A stretch of 64,000 bases of DNA from assembly GCA_964016885.1 (NCBI GenBank), contig OZ024740.1:298282001-298346000 (forward strand), read 5' to 3'. A program made the translations under genes and the position numbers. Of this stretch, positions 50,603 through 64,000 are shown piece after piece (position 1 is the first letter of the stretch; each line of letters starts with the position of its first letter). This DNA is from Eledone cirrhosa (taxonomy: Eukaryota). A model generated the notes under the pieces. The model did not search any database. It was not told the DNA's origin and saw only the letters and a program-made list of their open reading frames with translations.

Positions 50603-50906
50603 AGAAATCATTATTATTATTATATATACTGTATATAATATATATAATTGTTTCTACGTATATAATATATACAAATCCCGCCGAGGTTAACTTTGCCTTT
50701 CATCCTTACGGAGTCGATAAAATAAAGTACCAGTAATGCACTGTTATAATTGCTGGCCTTGTGCCAAAAGTAGAAACAATTATTATATATATATATACAC
50801 GTATAATTCTAATCTATGTGTGCGTATATATATATATATATAAATATAAATTAGCGAGAATCGTATTTCGGCTTAGGAATTAACGAAAAACAACTTCCGA
50901 GATGAT

Positions 50907-50960
50907 CAATATATTTTTCTTCCTAATAATCGTCTTTTTCTCCCTATTTACATATATATT

Positions 50961-50991
<31 letters not shown>

Positions 50992-51044
50992 ATATATATG
51001 TAAATAGGGAGAAAAAGACGATTATTAGGAAGAAAAATATATTG
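50907..51044. repeat. Palindrome with about 45-bp perfect arms around a (TA)n core
   Basis: CAATATATTTTTCTTCCTAATAATCGTCTTTTTCTCCCTATTTACA ... TGTAAATAGGGAGAAAAAGACGATTATTAGGAAGAAAAATATATTG. Confidence 0.9.
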
Positions 51045-51379
51045 TTTTCCTTTTATTTTTTTCTCTTTTTTTTCTGGGTTAGAAAATGTTTAAAACAAAA
51101 TATTTTACTTTGTGTGTTAATTTATTTATTTATATATTTAATATATATATATGAAATTTTGTTTTTCTACAAATTTCATACTTGACGACCCAATATATAT
51201 ATATATATATATACCGAATAAATAGTGTTAGGGTTAGATTTTATATTGTCTTAACAATTGGTGGTAAAAATAAACTTGTGTTTTGTTATTTTTAACATTA
51301 CCTGCATTGATAATAATAAAAATAGCCTAGGGGGGGGGGGTCTATTTTATTGGGGCCGGCAAAATAGCCTCTTCCTATA

Positions 51380-51635
51380 TATTGGAACAAACTACCCGCA
51401 TCAGTTATTAGCTGTCGAGATACTGCATTCTTTAAAACCTCCATGCTTCCTGAGATTCGCCTACATTACACCTAATATTCCCCCTCCATACACACGCACA
51501 CATGTATATCATGACTCATACACTATTCACTTCCCTGACATTTGTATATTATTCTATGTACTATACATGCACCTTTGATGAGTTGTAGTGCACCTGAGCA
51601 CTGTACACAATAATTTCATTATTATATTATTATTA
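51380..51635 (+). mobile_element. CR1/L2-type LINE 3' end with (TAT)n tail (second copy 3930-4150 on the minus strand; a further CR1-like end at 45230-45580)
   Basis: WNKLPASVISC....FK C-terminal motif, followed by a shared 3'UTR and an ATT-repeat tail. Confidence 0.65.
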
Positions 51636-54304
51636 TATTGTTAGATTCTATTCTTTTTTTTTTTTCATTAAAAAGTTTATTTCGATTGAATGGACAGATT
51701 TTACGGGCAAAACCAACCGACAGGAGACTCAGGGGTAGACCCCAAGCAAGATGGTTGGATAACATCCATGAGATTGACTGGTCTTGCTTGGGGATCCAGG
51801 TGTTAGGGTTAGTGTGACAGGACCCGCTGGAAGGAATATTTGAGGACTCTGCCCGCACGACACCTCTCAGAAATAAGTGGACGAAGATATCTTAAACAAA
51901 TATGCTGACAGAATAGATAGCTTGAAATTACAAACACAAAATGCCATAACTGTCCAATATCAATACACACACAAGCGTGAACCTAACATAACTGTAAAAA
52001 TTGCCTCCTGTGTTTTATTTGTTTCATTTATTAACTATCTATCTATCTAGGGCGGATAAAATTCCCGAGATCCATGGACGAGTTCTCTTCAGCGGTCTCT
52101 GTCCCTCATCATCGCCGCCATGTCTTGCGTCTCCCAGAGACCAGTATCCGTCCTTAGGGTATTAATATATGTCAACCTCGGTCTCCCTCTTCAAGTGTGT
52201 CCGTGTAGGGGCTCCCACAGGATCACAGTGCAGTGTCAACTCTGAATGTCGGTGAGCGTTCAACTAACTGACTCTTGGGAGGTTCCCGTATTGTTCTGAG
52301 TTCTTCATCCTCAGTGTATACTGATTAATGTTCAGAGCCATCCCCAGCATTCTCGTGTAGCACCCATCCACCATCTGAGTGAGGCTCTTGGTCAGTGTCC
52401 AAGTCTCAGACCCGTACAGCAGCACAGACTCCACTGTAGCGACGAAGAGGGATCTTCAGGTCTTTACGAAGGTTCGACTTCCACGCCGACCTCAAACTGA
52501 CACTCCGCCCAGGTTTTTCTCTTCCTCTCCTCCACAACATCCTCTCTGTTCCCAATCTTTGCTCCCAGATACAGGAAGTCTACAACTAATTCTGGCGGCT
52601 TCCCGCCTACATTCATAATCTTCTCTGGCTTCTTAATGTTATAAGTACACAGACCGCCACTATCGTTTATAGTTTGAATTTAAATCCCGCCAGTACTAAC
52701 TTTGCTTTTCCTCCTTCACGGATTGATAAAATAAGTACAAGTACTAAGTTGATATAATCAAGTGTTTATCACCGCCGTTGCGTCCACTACCTTTTCCACC
52801 GTAATTGTCGTCATTGAGTTGTTTAAAACAGCTATCTCAACAGCAATTTAATAAACATGTCACCAAGAAACAAGAGTACATGTAGCGAAACCTGTTACAC
52901 CCAACTCTATTTTTATTCAAGACCACCTGCTTCTTCTTATCATACAAATTAATCGGATTTATTTTTAGTGTTAGAATATCCTATAATCTTTCATATGAAC
53001 TTAACAATAGTGTAAAAAAAAAAGAAGGGATTTCAAAGTAAAATGTGGGGTCGATTTAATTGACTTTCCTCCCTTCCCCCAAATTGCTGGCCTTGTGCCT
53101 ATGTTAGAAACAAGTATTGTTCGTAAGATACACTGATTAAATAAGCGGGTAGCAACCGGTCGTCTGTCCATGAGGAATTCGAACAAGTGAAAATATGTAA
53201 ACATGAAATTACTGCTTGCTAAATTGTTTATTGAAATTGTCACTCTCCTCGCTTATGTAGTGTCACAGTTAAATGTGGAGAATGTTGTCTATGTGCGTTA
53301 TATATATATATATATTCTGGCTTCCTCTGTAACCTCTTGTATTTTAGATAATTATCCATACAATTAAACGTGCCAATACAATTTATATAATGAATAAGAC
53401 TATACAGATATATACAGTACCAAAAAAGGGAAGAAGAGATGTAGAGTAATAATACAGAAGAAAAAAACGGGGAGAAGACACTTATACACATTCACATATC
53501 ACATCAAGGGGATGTGGAGCTTTTCTCTAATAATTTTTTTGACATTGCCGCAGGTGATAGCGACACTAAGATACTGGAATAACCAAGCACCCTTGCGGGC
53601 ATCACCTGATACTTTTGTAAAGCGAGTCGCCAACAATGATAAGAACTTTGTTGTCAGCGACCTAACTCCCCGGAACATCTCGAGCAACACAGGCTGGAAA
53701 AAATAGTTTGCCAATAATTCCTGGTATTTAAAAATATTCCGTTTTGCAATGAATGCTGCGACCCTCTTTTCAGACTAGGTTTCCCATTTACAGACCTGCA
53801 AACCTCTAAAAACCCAAACCCTTGAAAAAAAGTGCCTCAGAACGGGGAGAAGTGAGGCAAAATGGGGAGATTTTACATAATGAAAGCTATACCCATTTTC
53901 ACAAGAGATATCTCCGTTGAACGTGAAGAGTTGATGCTAGCGTGGAAGATAGACGTTAAACGATGATGATGATGATGTGTCAGAACTCCTGGGTTTTGTT
54001 CTACTCTGAGAGTAAGCTATAAAACAAAATACAGTTGGGTGTAATGAGAGAACTTTAGCTGCCCCCCCCCCCCCCACCTGACTCTTTAAGGTCCCTATAA
54101 TTAAGACACTTCCATTCATGTGGTCACTATCATTGCCTTCCAATGATAAAGTCAGTTTGACAAACAACTATTTTTTATAGGATTTGATGTTATCATAAAG
54201 TCCAGCATTGCCACTTTATAGCAACATGATTTGGGAACACAAGCACATCTATACCTTCCAGTAATTTCTACCATTGGGATATCTTATCTTGAGTAACCCT
54301 TTCA

Positions 54305-54895
54305 TCATCACCATCGTTTTTACATCCATTTTTCCATGCTTGCATGGGTTGGATGGGTCCTTCTCAGCACAGCATTTATCGACTCATTGTGTTCCTTTGT
54401 CATCTCCTCTGTGAGTTTCAGTGATTTGGGGTCAGCTCTTACAACCTCTACCCTTTCTAGATCTACCTATGCTGTGGCTTCATTCCACTGGCATTTCTGG
54501 TACTTCTTCACACAACAATCATTGTCCATACCAACACAGTCTTCTCTCTTGCACACCACCTTGGATTCCACTTAAACTAGGCTTCTCCCTCAACTCATCC
54601 AAGCTCTGCCTCTCTCTCACACTTACTTTGCACATCCAACGGAGCATGGTTGCTTCATTTCTCTCCAGTCTATGCATGTCCTCTGCAGTCACAAACCTTG
54701 TTTCACTACCATACAGCATCACACTTCACACAGAGTTGTCCTTTTGTACTAGGGTGAAACCTTTTGTGGTCAACAGTAGGAGTAGCTCTCTAAACTTTTT
54801 CCATCCTATCCTTATTCTAGCTATTTTGTTCTCAGAGCACCCGCTTCTGTTGCTAATTACATTGCCTAGATAGCAGAAGCTATCAACCATTTCTA
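54305..54895 (-). mobile_element. RTE-type LINE 3' relic with (GAT)n tail
   Basis: MLYGSET...EDMHRLERNEA.MLRWMC.V...RRL.WYG; ends in a GATGAT tail. Confidence 0.8.
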
Positions 54896-55181
54896 TGGGT
54901 CTTTTATATGACTGGAATAGGTTTACATCACTGGCTATCTTCCCCTCGCTTTTATAACTTTCTTTATAGAGAACTACTACTCTTTGATGTTAGTATGTTC
55001 CTTGCTTGTGTTGACAATGTTATATTATTGCTTGGATTGGCAGTATCGGTAGTTGGTCGGACGCCATGCTTTGACGCAAAGAGTTATGGCCCTTTCCATT
55101 CTGAGTTCAAATCCCGCCGAGGTTAACTTTGCCTTTCATCCTTTCGGGGTCGATAAAATAAAGTACCAGTAATACACTGGG

Positions 55182-55468
55182 TAATTGCTGGCCTTGTGCC
55201 AAAAGTAGAAACAATTATTGCTTATTTGGCATACCAACAGGGATACTGCTTGCATATCATTGTAGCAGAATATGGGAATTAAAGTTATGTAATAAAAATG
55301 TTTTTATCTGTCTTCTTATCATATGGCATAATTGCTGGCCTTGTGCCAAAAGTAGAAACAATTATTGCTTATTTGGCATACCAACAGGGATACTGCTTGC
55401 ATATCATTGTAGCAGAATATGGGAATTAAAGTTATATAATAAAAATGTTTTTATCTGTCTTCTTATCA
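55182..55468. repeat. Near-perfect 140-bp direct duplication (period 147)
   Basis: 55182-55321 and 55329-55468 differ at one visible position. Confidence 0.9.
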
Positions 55469-58400
55469 GAGGCAGGTCAAGACCTGTGAGCCAGCATTAT
55501 GGATTGCTTCCAAGCCTCTGGAAAACTTCTGAAGGTTATATGCTGGGCTGCTTTTATCTGTGAAAATACAGTTGTCGTGAAGAGTGGAGATATGCATTGA
55601 CCCAAATTTCTACATTCATAAACTGTCCAGTTGGTCGAGACAGTTGACGAATCTCATTTACATCTTATTCAAATTCTGATATTAAATTAAAAAAAAACAA
55701 CAAAAAGCAACAATTCTGACTAAGTCTGTCTCAAGCCAGGAGGCTCGTCAGGCCAGTGCTTATCTTGGTTTCGATGGTGTTAAGCAACTGAGAATCAATA
55801 CCCCTCCCCCTTCCTGGACCGGATGCCAGTCCATCACAGGGTTAAGCCTCCTCCTATTGCTGATACTCATTTTCAGCTGAGTATATAGGAGCAAGTGTTT
55901 TGCTTGAGAACACATGACAATCATACTAAAACTTGCAGTGGAATTGTATGAGTAACAAGGTTACAGAGGAACAATGAAAGGGAAATATAACAAGTTTGTT
56001 TTTCAGGATGTAATTGCTTCAGTTTCAACAAATCATCTTACAACAAGTCACTTACCAAATAAGTACAACTTCTGTATTTATTATAATGTTTTTTTTAAAA
56101 AGAAATCCTTAGTGGATTGGCAGAATTTGTAGACTTGGATAAAATATCATTAAAGTATTTGTTCTGAGTTCAATTCCAGCCAATGTCAACTTTGCCTTTC
56201 AGCCTTCCCAGTGTTGCAAATGGGTTACATATGAATAAAGTGGTCCTTCATCAGTGATCTTCCAACCATCATCGGTATTTCTTCGCTTTAAAGACCATAT
56301 ACCTCCGGTTGGTGCGAGCAGCGGCTAAAGAAAGTCGTTGGGACATGTAAATAAAGGGAACAGCGAGAGTATAAACAAACAAAGATGGTGAAGCAACGAA
56401 AAGTGAGGAAGAACGAGTCAAGTCCCAAATTTCCATGGATATAAGTTCGGTGAAATCGTGAACGAGAGAGAATAAAGACCATCAAACCTGTATCTGCTCC
56501 TAAATTTGTAAGCCTTATATCTAAATTAGAAATCAACATTTTGTTGATTTATCATTCTGGATTTAATTGACTATTTCCTCCTAAATTATTGAAACCTAGT
56601 TTTTCCACATTGGTTTAACCCTTTAGCATTTAAACTGGCCATATCCGGCCAGAATTCTCTCAAATCTTTCTGTTCAAACCGTCTGTAACTGGCTGCCCAT
56701 ACTGATGTTAAGGCAGTGTTCTCAAAATAAATAACATCAAAATCTCATAGATTTGATACTATGTGAGGTAAAGACTTTTACTATGAAAACAAAATATTAA
56801 TTATAGAGTAATGTTAAAGGGTTAAGGTACCAAATTTGTAGAGATGTATTAGTTAACAGGATTGCCACCTCCCACTGCATTATATACTCATTGGTTATTT
56901 TATTAACACTGGAAGTATGTGAGACTAAGTTGGTCTCAGTGGAACTTTCATTCATGAAACAGTCAGCCACTCTATTGCCTTTAGAATACTATTTATGGTC
57001 ATAATGAATTATCTAAAAAATGTCAAAAGTCTGGCTTCATCAGGTCACTTCTTATCCCAGTTTCCATTGTGTTAAAGGACTGAGAGTACAGTACTCCCCC
57101 TAGACAGGACACCAATCCATCTCAAGGTTAAACCACCAGCTGTTGTTGGTACTTGTTTTCAGTTGAGTATACTGGAGCAATGTAAAATGAAGTATTTTAC
57201 TCAAGAACACAACACACAACCCAGTTCAGGAATCGAACCCACGATGTTATGGTCGTAAGTCCGACACCCTTACGCCTAGGCCACACCTCTACATGGATTA
57301 TAGAAGGTACTATACAATAAAGAAGAAAAGCCACTGAAGACTTAATATAGCACATTCTGAGAGTTGTAACATGGCAAGTTATACATTCACTAACCCTGTT
57401 AAAAATAGCAACCAAATTTTCTGCAAATCACACCTTACCATTAAAAATAAAAGACATTAGATAATGTAGTACTTCCTTCCCTGGGACTTCAACTCCAGTT
57501 GAAATCATAGGGGTGCCATTATGATATACAGCATGGACAGTGGATTGGCAGTATTGGTAGGGCGTTGGACATGCTTTGTGGCATATAGTAACAGTTCTTT
57601 ATGTTGTAGCAGTTATTTTACCTGGCAATAGGAGTCATAGTTGCTTGGCTGAAGGAATGATTAAGGATTGAGCTAATTGCTTAATTGCTATTTTCAACTC
57701 CCTCTATCTATAATTATCAACCAACAGAGGTTTATAGCTCATTATTAGTCATGCTGGCTACGTAAAGACTTTCTTATTATTATTCATTGCTTCTGACACC
57801 TGCTACATGGTTTCATCACACCATAACTTTCGTTAACCCTCTTCCTTTTTGATGGGGGGAAAATCCCTAATTTGGGGTGTGACGTGCAGTGACATGTACT
57901 CCGCCTTCAACCTTATTGCTTTGGCCACAAACCCAGCCTCTGCTGTCTGCAATGTGGAAGAAAGCAATAGTTAAATACTGGGGTCTAATCAACCGCTTCC
58001 TCTTTGTACCAATCTCTGTCAAGACCCCTCGCATCCTTGGTCCCTGCACTGCTGATTTCCTCTGTAAAGACGAAAAGATGGTGGCCCACTTGAGGAGGTA
58101 GTTCTGTAGTAGTTGCAGCATGTGTCTCTGCTCTGACTGGGTATAGTGATTGTCCCCCCACCCCCTCACTTTTTCATTACTTTATCCTTCTTTCTTTTTA
58201 TTTTATTTTCTTCCTGTTCCCTTTAATAGTGTATTTTGTTTTTCTTAGATACTGCTTAATATGTAATTAACTTCTTTTTCTTCTTTGCCTCCACAACCCT
58301 CTCAGGAATGTGGGCAGAGTCCTCAAACATTCCTTCAAATGGGTCCTGTCAAAAGCAACCGTCTCTAATTGATCCGGCTGGGTCCCCAAGCAAGACCAAC

Positions 58401-59451
58401 CGACCTCATGGATGTTATCCTACCATCTTTCCCGGGGTCTAGCCATGGGTCTCCTTCTGGTTATTTTTGCCTGTAAAATCTGTCGTGATTCTTTCATGAG
58501 ACATTTTAACCACATGCCTATTGTATCAGAGCTGTGATCCCTTAATTCAGAGCAGTAGCGGTTCTACCTGGAGTGACTCTCTGGTCTCCGAGCTAAGTAA
58601 TGTTACCCCAAAGACCTTCCTCACCCTTCCTTGATGAAGTCACTGCAGTGTTAGATGTAATTAGCAGATATAACAAAATACTCTTTAAACCATTCATAAT
58701 GAAAATTGTTCAGATTAGATATAATTTCGCCGGAGATAGATCAGCAACAATTAATAAGCGGGTGTGGGTGTGGGGAGAGAGGGGGGGGGGGGGGGGCAGG
58801 AAAAATAAAATCAATAAGTGTGTGTGTGTACGTGAGAACAGAACACATTGTTTTCTGCATTCATCATTTGAAAAGAAAATTTTATCTTGCAAAATGGGAA
58901 TATTTAAAGGATGGGGACATTGTGTATGACTGACTGCAGAACCTCCTGCTGGAACACCCCTGCACAGCATTGGATTTGGCAGAGTTTAATGAGAAAGGAC
59001 AGCAATGTGTTCAGCTGTGGCAGAACCACATCTAGCCAAGTTTTATAACTGATACTCTTATGGACATAAGAAGACCTTGAGATATATATGGTAAACAGAT
59101 TATTTTTTATCATCTTCCTCCTTTTTTCTCCAGTTCCATCATATTTCTAGCCATATTAGTATTTATTATACATCTCACAATGCTTCATATAAACTATACA
59201 ATAATTCATGTTGATTATAATAATAAAGAAGTCTGGAAAATTGACCCTGCCTCTTGGACACTGAAGGCCTTATTTTTTCCTAAAAATTTAGCACTTCAGT
59301 ATGGGGAGGGGGGGAAACATGAATTTGGAGTATCTTCAACACTGAAATACAGTAAGTATTTTTTTGTAGTTCTGCATTTAAAAAAAGATTAAACAAAAAC
59401 ATGCAAAATCAACAACAGAAAAATCACTAAGGTATTTTGCTTTTATTTTAG

Positions 59452-59706
59452 ATACAACTGCGAGAACATGATGAACAACTTGCCACACAGTTTTTACAGA
59501 TATACCGTGACATTCAAATACTGAAAGTGCAAAGGGCTTGTCAAACCCACCAAGATCTTTTGGATGATGCCATTGATGAAGTTGAAGAAAGAGACCGATT
59601 GATTGATTTGTGTGATACACCACCTCTTAAGTATAGTGAGTCAAAACTAAGACACTGTGGACTGACTAAGATGAATATATGCTCACGTAGGTTCTCTTGT
59701 AGTTAG
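59452..59706 (+). CDS. FAM167A: FAM167A-like terminal exon (FAM167 domain)
   Basis: IQLREHDEQLATQFLQIYRDIQILKVQRACQTHQDLLDDAIDEVEE...LRHCGLTKMNICSRRFSCS-stop carries the diagnostic FAM167 motifs (R.QD..LA.QL; G.T.MN..SRRFS). TTTTAG acceptor, phase 0, matching the exon ending at 44691. Confidence 0.92.
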   Translation: MQLREHDEQLATQFLQIYRDIQILKVQRACQTHQDLLDDAIDEVEERDRLIDLCDTPPLKYSESKLRHCGLTKMNICSRRFSCS

Positions 59707-62700
59707 CTAGGGAATTTGAATATTAGTCTAAAGTGCCTTTTGGTATTTGTTCTGGCTTTCTGCATTCTGAGGTCAATCTTGCTTTTCATCCTTTTGGAGA
59801 TTGATAAAATAAAGCACTAATCCAGAACAGTAGACTAATGAAATTATTAAAACATCATGGTATTTGCAATCTGAGTTCAAATCTGAATTTGTCATCTGGT
59901 TTACAACTACCACCACCACCTGGCCCTTAGGTGCTTTTAGCAGAGTCTATTCTATTGCAAGGTGTCCAATTTAAAGATACCTTACTTCCTCCATCCATGC
60001 CACTAATTTTGGAGACTGAAAAAAAAATGGACATGAGCATTGCCTTTTCCTGTGACTAAATAATAAAAGAAAGAGAGAGAGAGAGGGGGGGGGGGAGAAA
60101 GATAGTAAACAAAATGATGATGTTAATAAAATAATTAAACATAGGTAATGGCTTATTTTAATTCTAATAATGGTTTTTAATTTTTGGCACAAGGCCAGAA
60201 ATTTTGAGGAGAAGGTTATGTCAATTATATTGACTCCGGTACTTTATTCTATTGACCCCAAAAGGATGAAAAGCAAAGTTAACTTCAGAAAGATTTGAAC
60301 TCAGAACAGAAACAGCAGGAACAAATACTGCTACTCAAATTTCTGATACTAACTCTGCTGATCCATTGCCTGTATAAACTCTAATATTGATTTATAATTT
60401 TGGCTCAAGGCCAGCAAATGGGTGGGGTAGTCGATTAAATTGACACCAGTACTTTACTAGTACTTCATTTTATTGATCCCGAAAGGATATAAGGCAAAGT
60501 TGACTTCAGAGGGATTTGAACTCAGAACATAAAGAGTCATTACAAATACCACAAATTGTTTGTCTGACTCTAACAACTCTGCCAATATCCACTGCCCTTA
60601 TTCTAAAAAAATGATTTCTGTTAGGTAAATACCAGGACAAATCTGGTTGGAATGTGTAGAGAGTGGTTTGAATATCTGTAGTACACCAAAAATATCTATT
60701 TTACTAATCCAGAAATTAGCCAAATTTGAATCCATAGATGAAATAAACTGAATGTGTTAAAGAATTTAGTTCTATGTTCTACAGTTTATGCCACTTCTCC
60801 ACTCAGACATGGTATCTACTCAGGCATGGTTATGTAATTAAGAAGTTTGATTAGCTATCTTGTAGTTTCAGGTTTAATCTCAATATACATCACATTGATC
60901 AAGTCAATCCTATCATAGACTTGAGGGTAAAATTAGGTAGATGGAAATGAATCTAATTCTACTTTTACTTTGCTTTTTTTAAAATAAAGTCTGTCACAAG
61001 CCAGGAGGCTCGCTAGGCCGGTGCTTATCTCAATTTCATGCCGTGAAGCAACTGAGAGCACAAGACTTCCCCCTTGACCGGACCTCAGTCCATCACAGGG
61101 TTAAACCCCCAGCTATTACTGGAGCAATGTGAAATGAAGTGTTTCACTCAAGAACACAAGCCAGTTCAGGAATAGAACCCATGGTTTTATTATCGCAAGT
61201 CCAACACCCTTACCACTAGGCCATGCGCCTCAACCCATCTTCATCGCATTTAATATCACCATCAAACACCTGAGTGTCTTTACTAGAACCTCTTGTTGCT
61301 AACATTTACACCAGACCATGTCTGAGGATAACTTAATGTGTTGCTTGTTACAACTCATTAGTTGTGTAGTTTCATCTCTTTCACCCACTCAAGTTTCAGA
61401 GGCCTTTAAAAAAAAGAGGGTCATATGGGTTGCTCTTTTTCCTCTTACCACACACACAAAAATATCCTTAAAAATATTAGTTTCTTTTGAATAGACAAGC
61501 AGGAAAGTATGAACAGGATGGCGTTCATGCTGTTTCCAAACACATTAGCAAATCCTCATCATCATCATTGATTGAGATCTATTTTTCATGCTGGTATCTG
61601 TTAGGCAGGTTGTCATGTCTTGAGGCCAGGCTGGTCAGGTGACCATGTCTTGCTCGTACATTCCATATTTTGCTTGGTTTCTACTGTTAGATGCCCTTCC
61701 TAATGCCAACTACATTACAGCATATACCAGGAGCATGATTTCTACAACTGGAAGACCTTCCTAATGCCAATAACTGAAAAACTATCACCAGTTTCGTCTA
61801 CCTTAGTTTGGTGTGAGTTCTTAAACATCATTTGTGGCTTCTGTTATGAAGATTGCAACCTTAAGTTGTAGTGTATGAGAAGATTGATGGTAAAAGACAC
61901 AGGCTTTATTATTTACTGTTATGGGCAGTGGTTTGGCAGTATCAGTAGAGTGTTGGACAGTGCTTTGCAGCATAGAGTTATGGCCCTTTATGATCTGAGT
62001 TCAAACCCCGCTAAGGTTAACTTTGCCTTTCATCCTTACGGGGTTGATAAAATAAAGTACCTGTCACGCACTGGGGTCGATTTAATCGACTTTCCCCTCC
62101 CCCAAATTTCTGGCCTGTGCCTATATAAGAAAGCATCATTTACTATTATGTGTTCAGTTTCCCTATGATTATTTGAGTTATGAGAAAGAGGCAGAAGGAT
62201 ACGAGTCTCAGAAAAAAAAATAACAACTTGCTTAAGCCTCCAATAACACTAGTTAATTTCATCCAGATTCATTTAATTGTTGTGGGTTTTCCTTTCACCT
62301 TTAATTAATATTTGTTTTAATGCCTGGTATTTTATATACCCAAAGAGAAACATCTCACCAAATCTACTGACACTGAGTGTGTATGTGTACGTGCTGATGT
62401 TTGAAACAAGTCAGAATATGAGAGAGATTGTTAACACTGACGTATATTGAGATAATGTGTTCTCTGTAAGAAGTTTATGACAGTGGAATGAATGTATCAG
62501 TAAAGACTACAGACAGTATGACACATGGGTTCCAGTTAGATTAGCGAATAAATCAAAGTAGCATTACTAGTCAAGTTAACAGAGCTAACAACTATAGTTG
62601 TTAGTCAGGGTTACAAAATAGTGGAGTTGACATAGTTCTTATTACACTTTTACCATTTCTAGCCAATTGACTGAGGCTAGAGCGTCAGACACTATGCTTT

Positions 62701-63319
62701 ACATTATAAAGTTACAGCCCTTTTTGTTCTGATTTCAAATCCCGCCTAGGTTAGCTTTGCCTTTCATCCTTATGGGGTCGATAAAATAAAGTACCTTCCC
62801 CTCCCCCAACAATTACTGGCCTTGTTCCTAAATCAGAAACCATTATTGCTTGCTACACTTTCTATAGCCGCCCATCATTTATTTCTTACTTATCATGTTT
62901 CAGCTATCATTCCGATTAAGGCTGTGCTGTGTTTACTCTGGTTAAATATCTTAGCTATGAACTGGTGTTCCTTGCAGATTGTCACTCAACTTAAACATAC
63001 TTTGCTATCAGAGTGGAGTTGGCCGTCCACAGGTGCGAGCCCCGCAAGGTGGTGTGGCTGCTCTGGCATCTCCCTCACCGTCCTCCAGAGCAATGTATTT
63101 TTCATCTTGTTGGCCGGGACCCAGGGGCAGAGGGGAAGTCAGTTGAGGTACAGGATACTCATTCAGACGTCACTTTCTCTCTATTTCTTGTGGAGGTGCA
63201 TGACCTAGTGGTAAGGGTGTTGGACTTACGATTATAATGTCATGTGTTTGATTCCTGGGCTGGATTGCATGCTGGTGCTTTTTGTCATGAAACCAAAACG
63301 ACCACTTTACAGTGTGAAC

Positions 63320-63580
63320 TGGGGATATGTCATTCATAATGAAAACAATAAAAATAAGATATTTGCTAGAATTTCAGATGGATGTCATAGAAAAACTGAA
63401 ATCCTCAAATGCTGGTAACTTATCTGATACAGAAATTGAAGACACTTCCCACTCTGTAGAATTTAGAGTTTTCAAAAGGGATGTCCCAAGGAGATTAAAA
63501 GGGGGATCCAAAATGCACAAAGCAGCATTGTTTCCACCTGGTGTGGAAAAGAATTGCCTGCAGAGAATGAAAGATGTAAA
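63320..63580 (+). mobile_element. piggyBac-like transposase C-terminal relic
   Basis: LLEFQMDVIEKL ... PRRLKG...H....P.G..K...QR resembles the segment preceding the piggyBac cysteine-rich domain. Confidence 0.45.
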
Positions 63581-64000
63581 ATATACTTACTACGAAAAGA
63601 TAAATATTTCACCACCTACTATCAACCACTTTAAGGATGGGGCAAACGATGCAATGGACAGCTGAAAACTTGGCTGCACACCCTGAAATGCGACATCTAA
63701 ATACACCTGGGATCAAGTTTCTTCGGTACCTGTGATAGAATTGCGATTGATTATCCCTCATTTATTCAATTGCCTCCGATTGTCACGTGTGGTTTGCATT
63801 CGTGAAGGACAGTGAATTCCTTTGATGGAGCTGGCTAAATTCCCCCTGGGTGAACACAGCCACAAGTACAAATAAGTATCATAAGGCCAAGAAGTATTAT
63901 TGACCTAACAGTACTTACTTATTTGTATTATTGAGCTTATATTGTGAAGCAAATAAATCTAATTTGATAAAAATACCTTTATCTATTTTTAAAAGATTGT

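Noticed and set aside
59134-59351. Exon-like segment (strong acceptor, GTAAGT donor, open frame with a hydrophobic stretch; ORF 59180-59392)
   Set aside because: Its open frame is phase 2/1, incompatible with the phase-0 FAM167 junction, and I see no recognisable homology. At most a non-coding or NMD exon.

Overview
AT-rich, repeat-dense eukaryotic DNA. The SINE, MITE and microsatellite content suggests an octopus or related coleoid cephalopod (inference). Three spliced protein-coding genes can be reconstructed by hand. (1) The 3' end of a CDC50/TMEM30A flippase beta-subunit gene (+; exons <1..26, 1878..2043, 3491..3515), whose first visible intron has U12-type (minor spliceosome) signals. 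(2) A complete, convergent TPRKB/CGI-121 KEOPS-subunit gene (-; 4 coding exons, 14190->10434, 193 aa). (3) A FAM167A-like gene (+; exons 43537..44691 and 59452..59706, 469 aa). The Pol III genes are all on the minus strand: one intact tRNA-Ile(AAU) plus a decayed copy, a tandem array of seven intron-containing tRNA-Ile(UAU) genes (one degenerate), and an intron-containing tRNA-Lys(UUU) nested antisense in the FAM167 intron. Every recognisable intact tRNA reads ANN codons, so each is a t6A37 substrate of the KEOPS complex to which TPRKB belongs. The rest is decayed mobile DNA: tRNA-derived SINEs, CRE-like RLE retrotransposon ends, RTE/CR1/Tx1 LINE pieces, mariner/piggyBac/hAT/Helitron relics, MITEs and long microsatellites. 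No prokaryotic-type system or CRISPR array is present.
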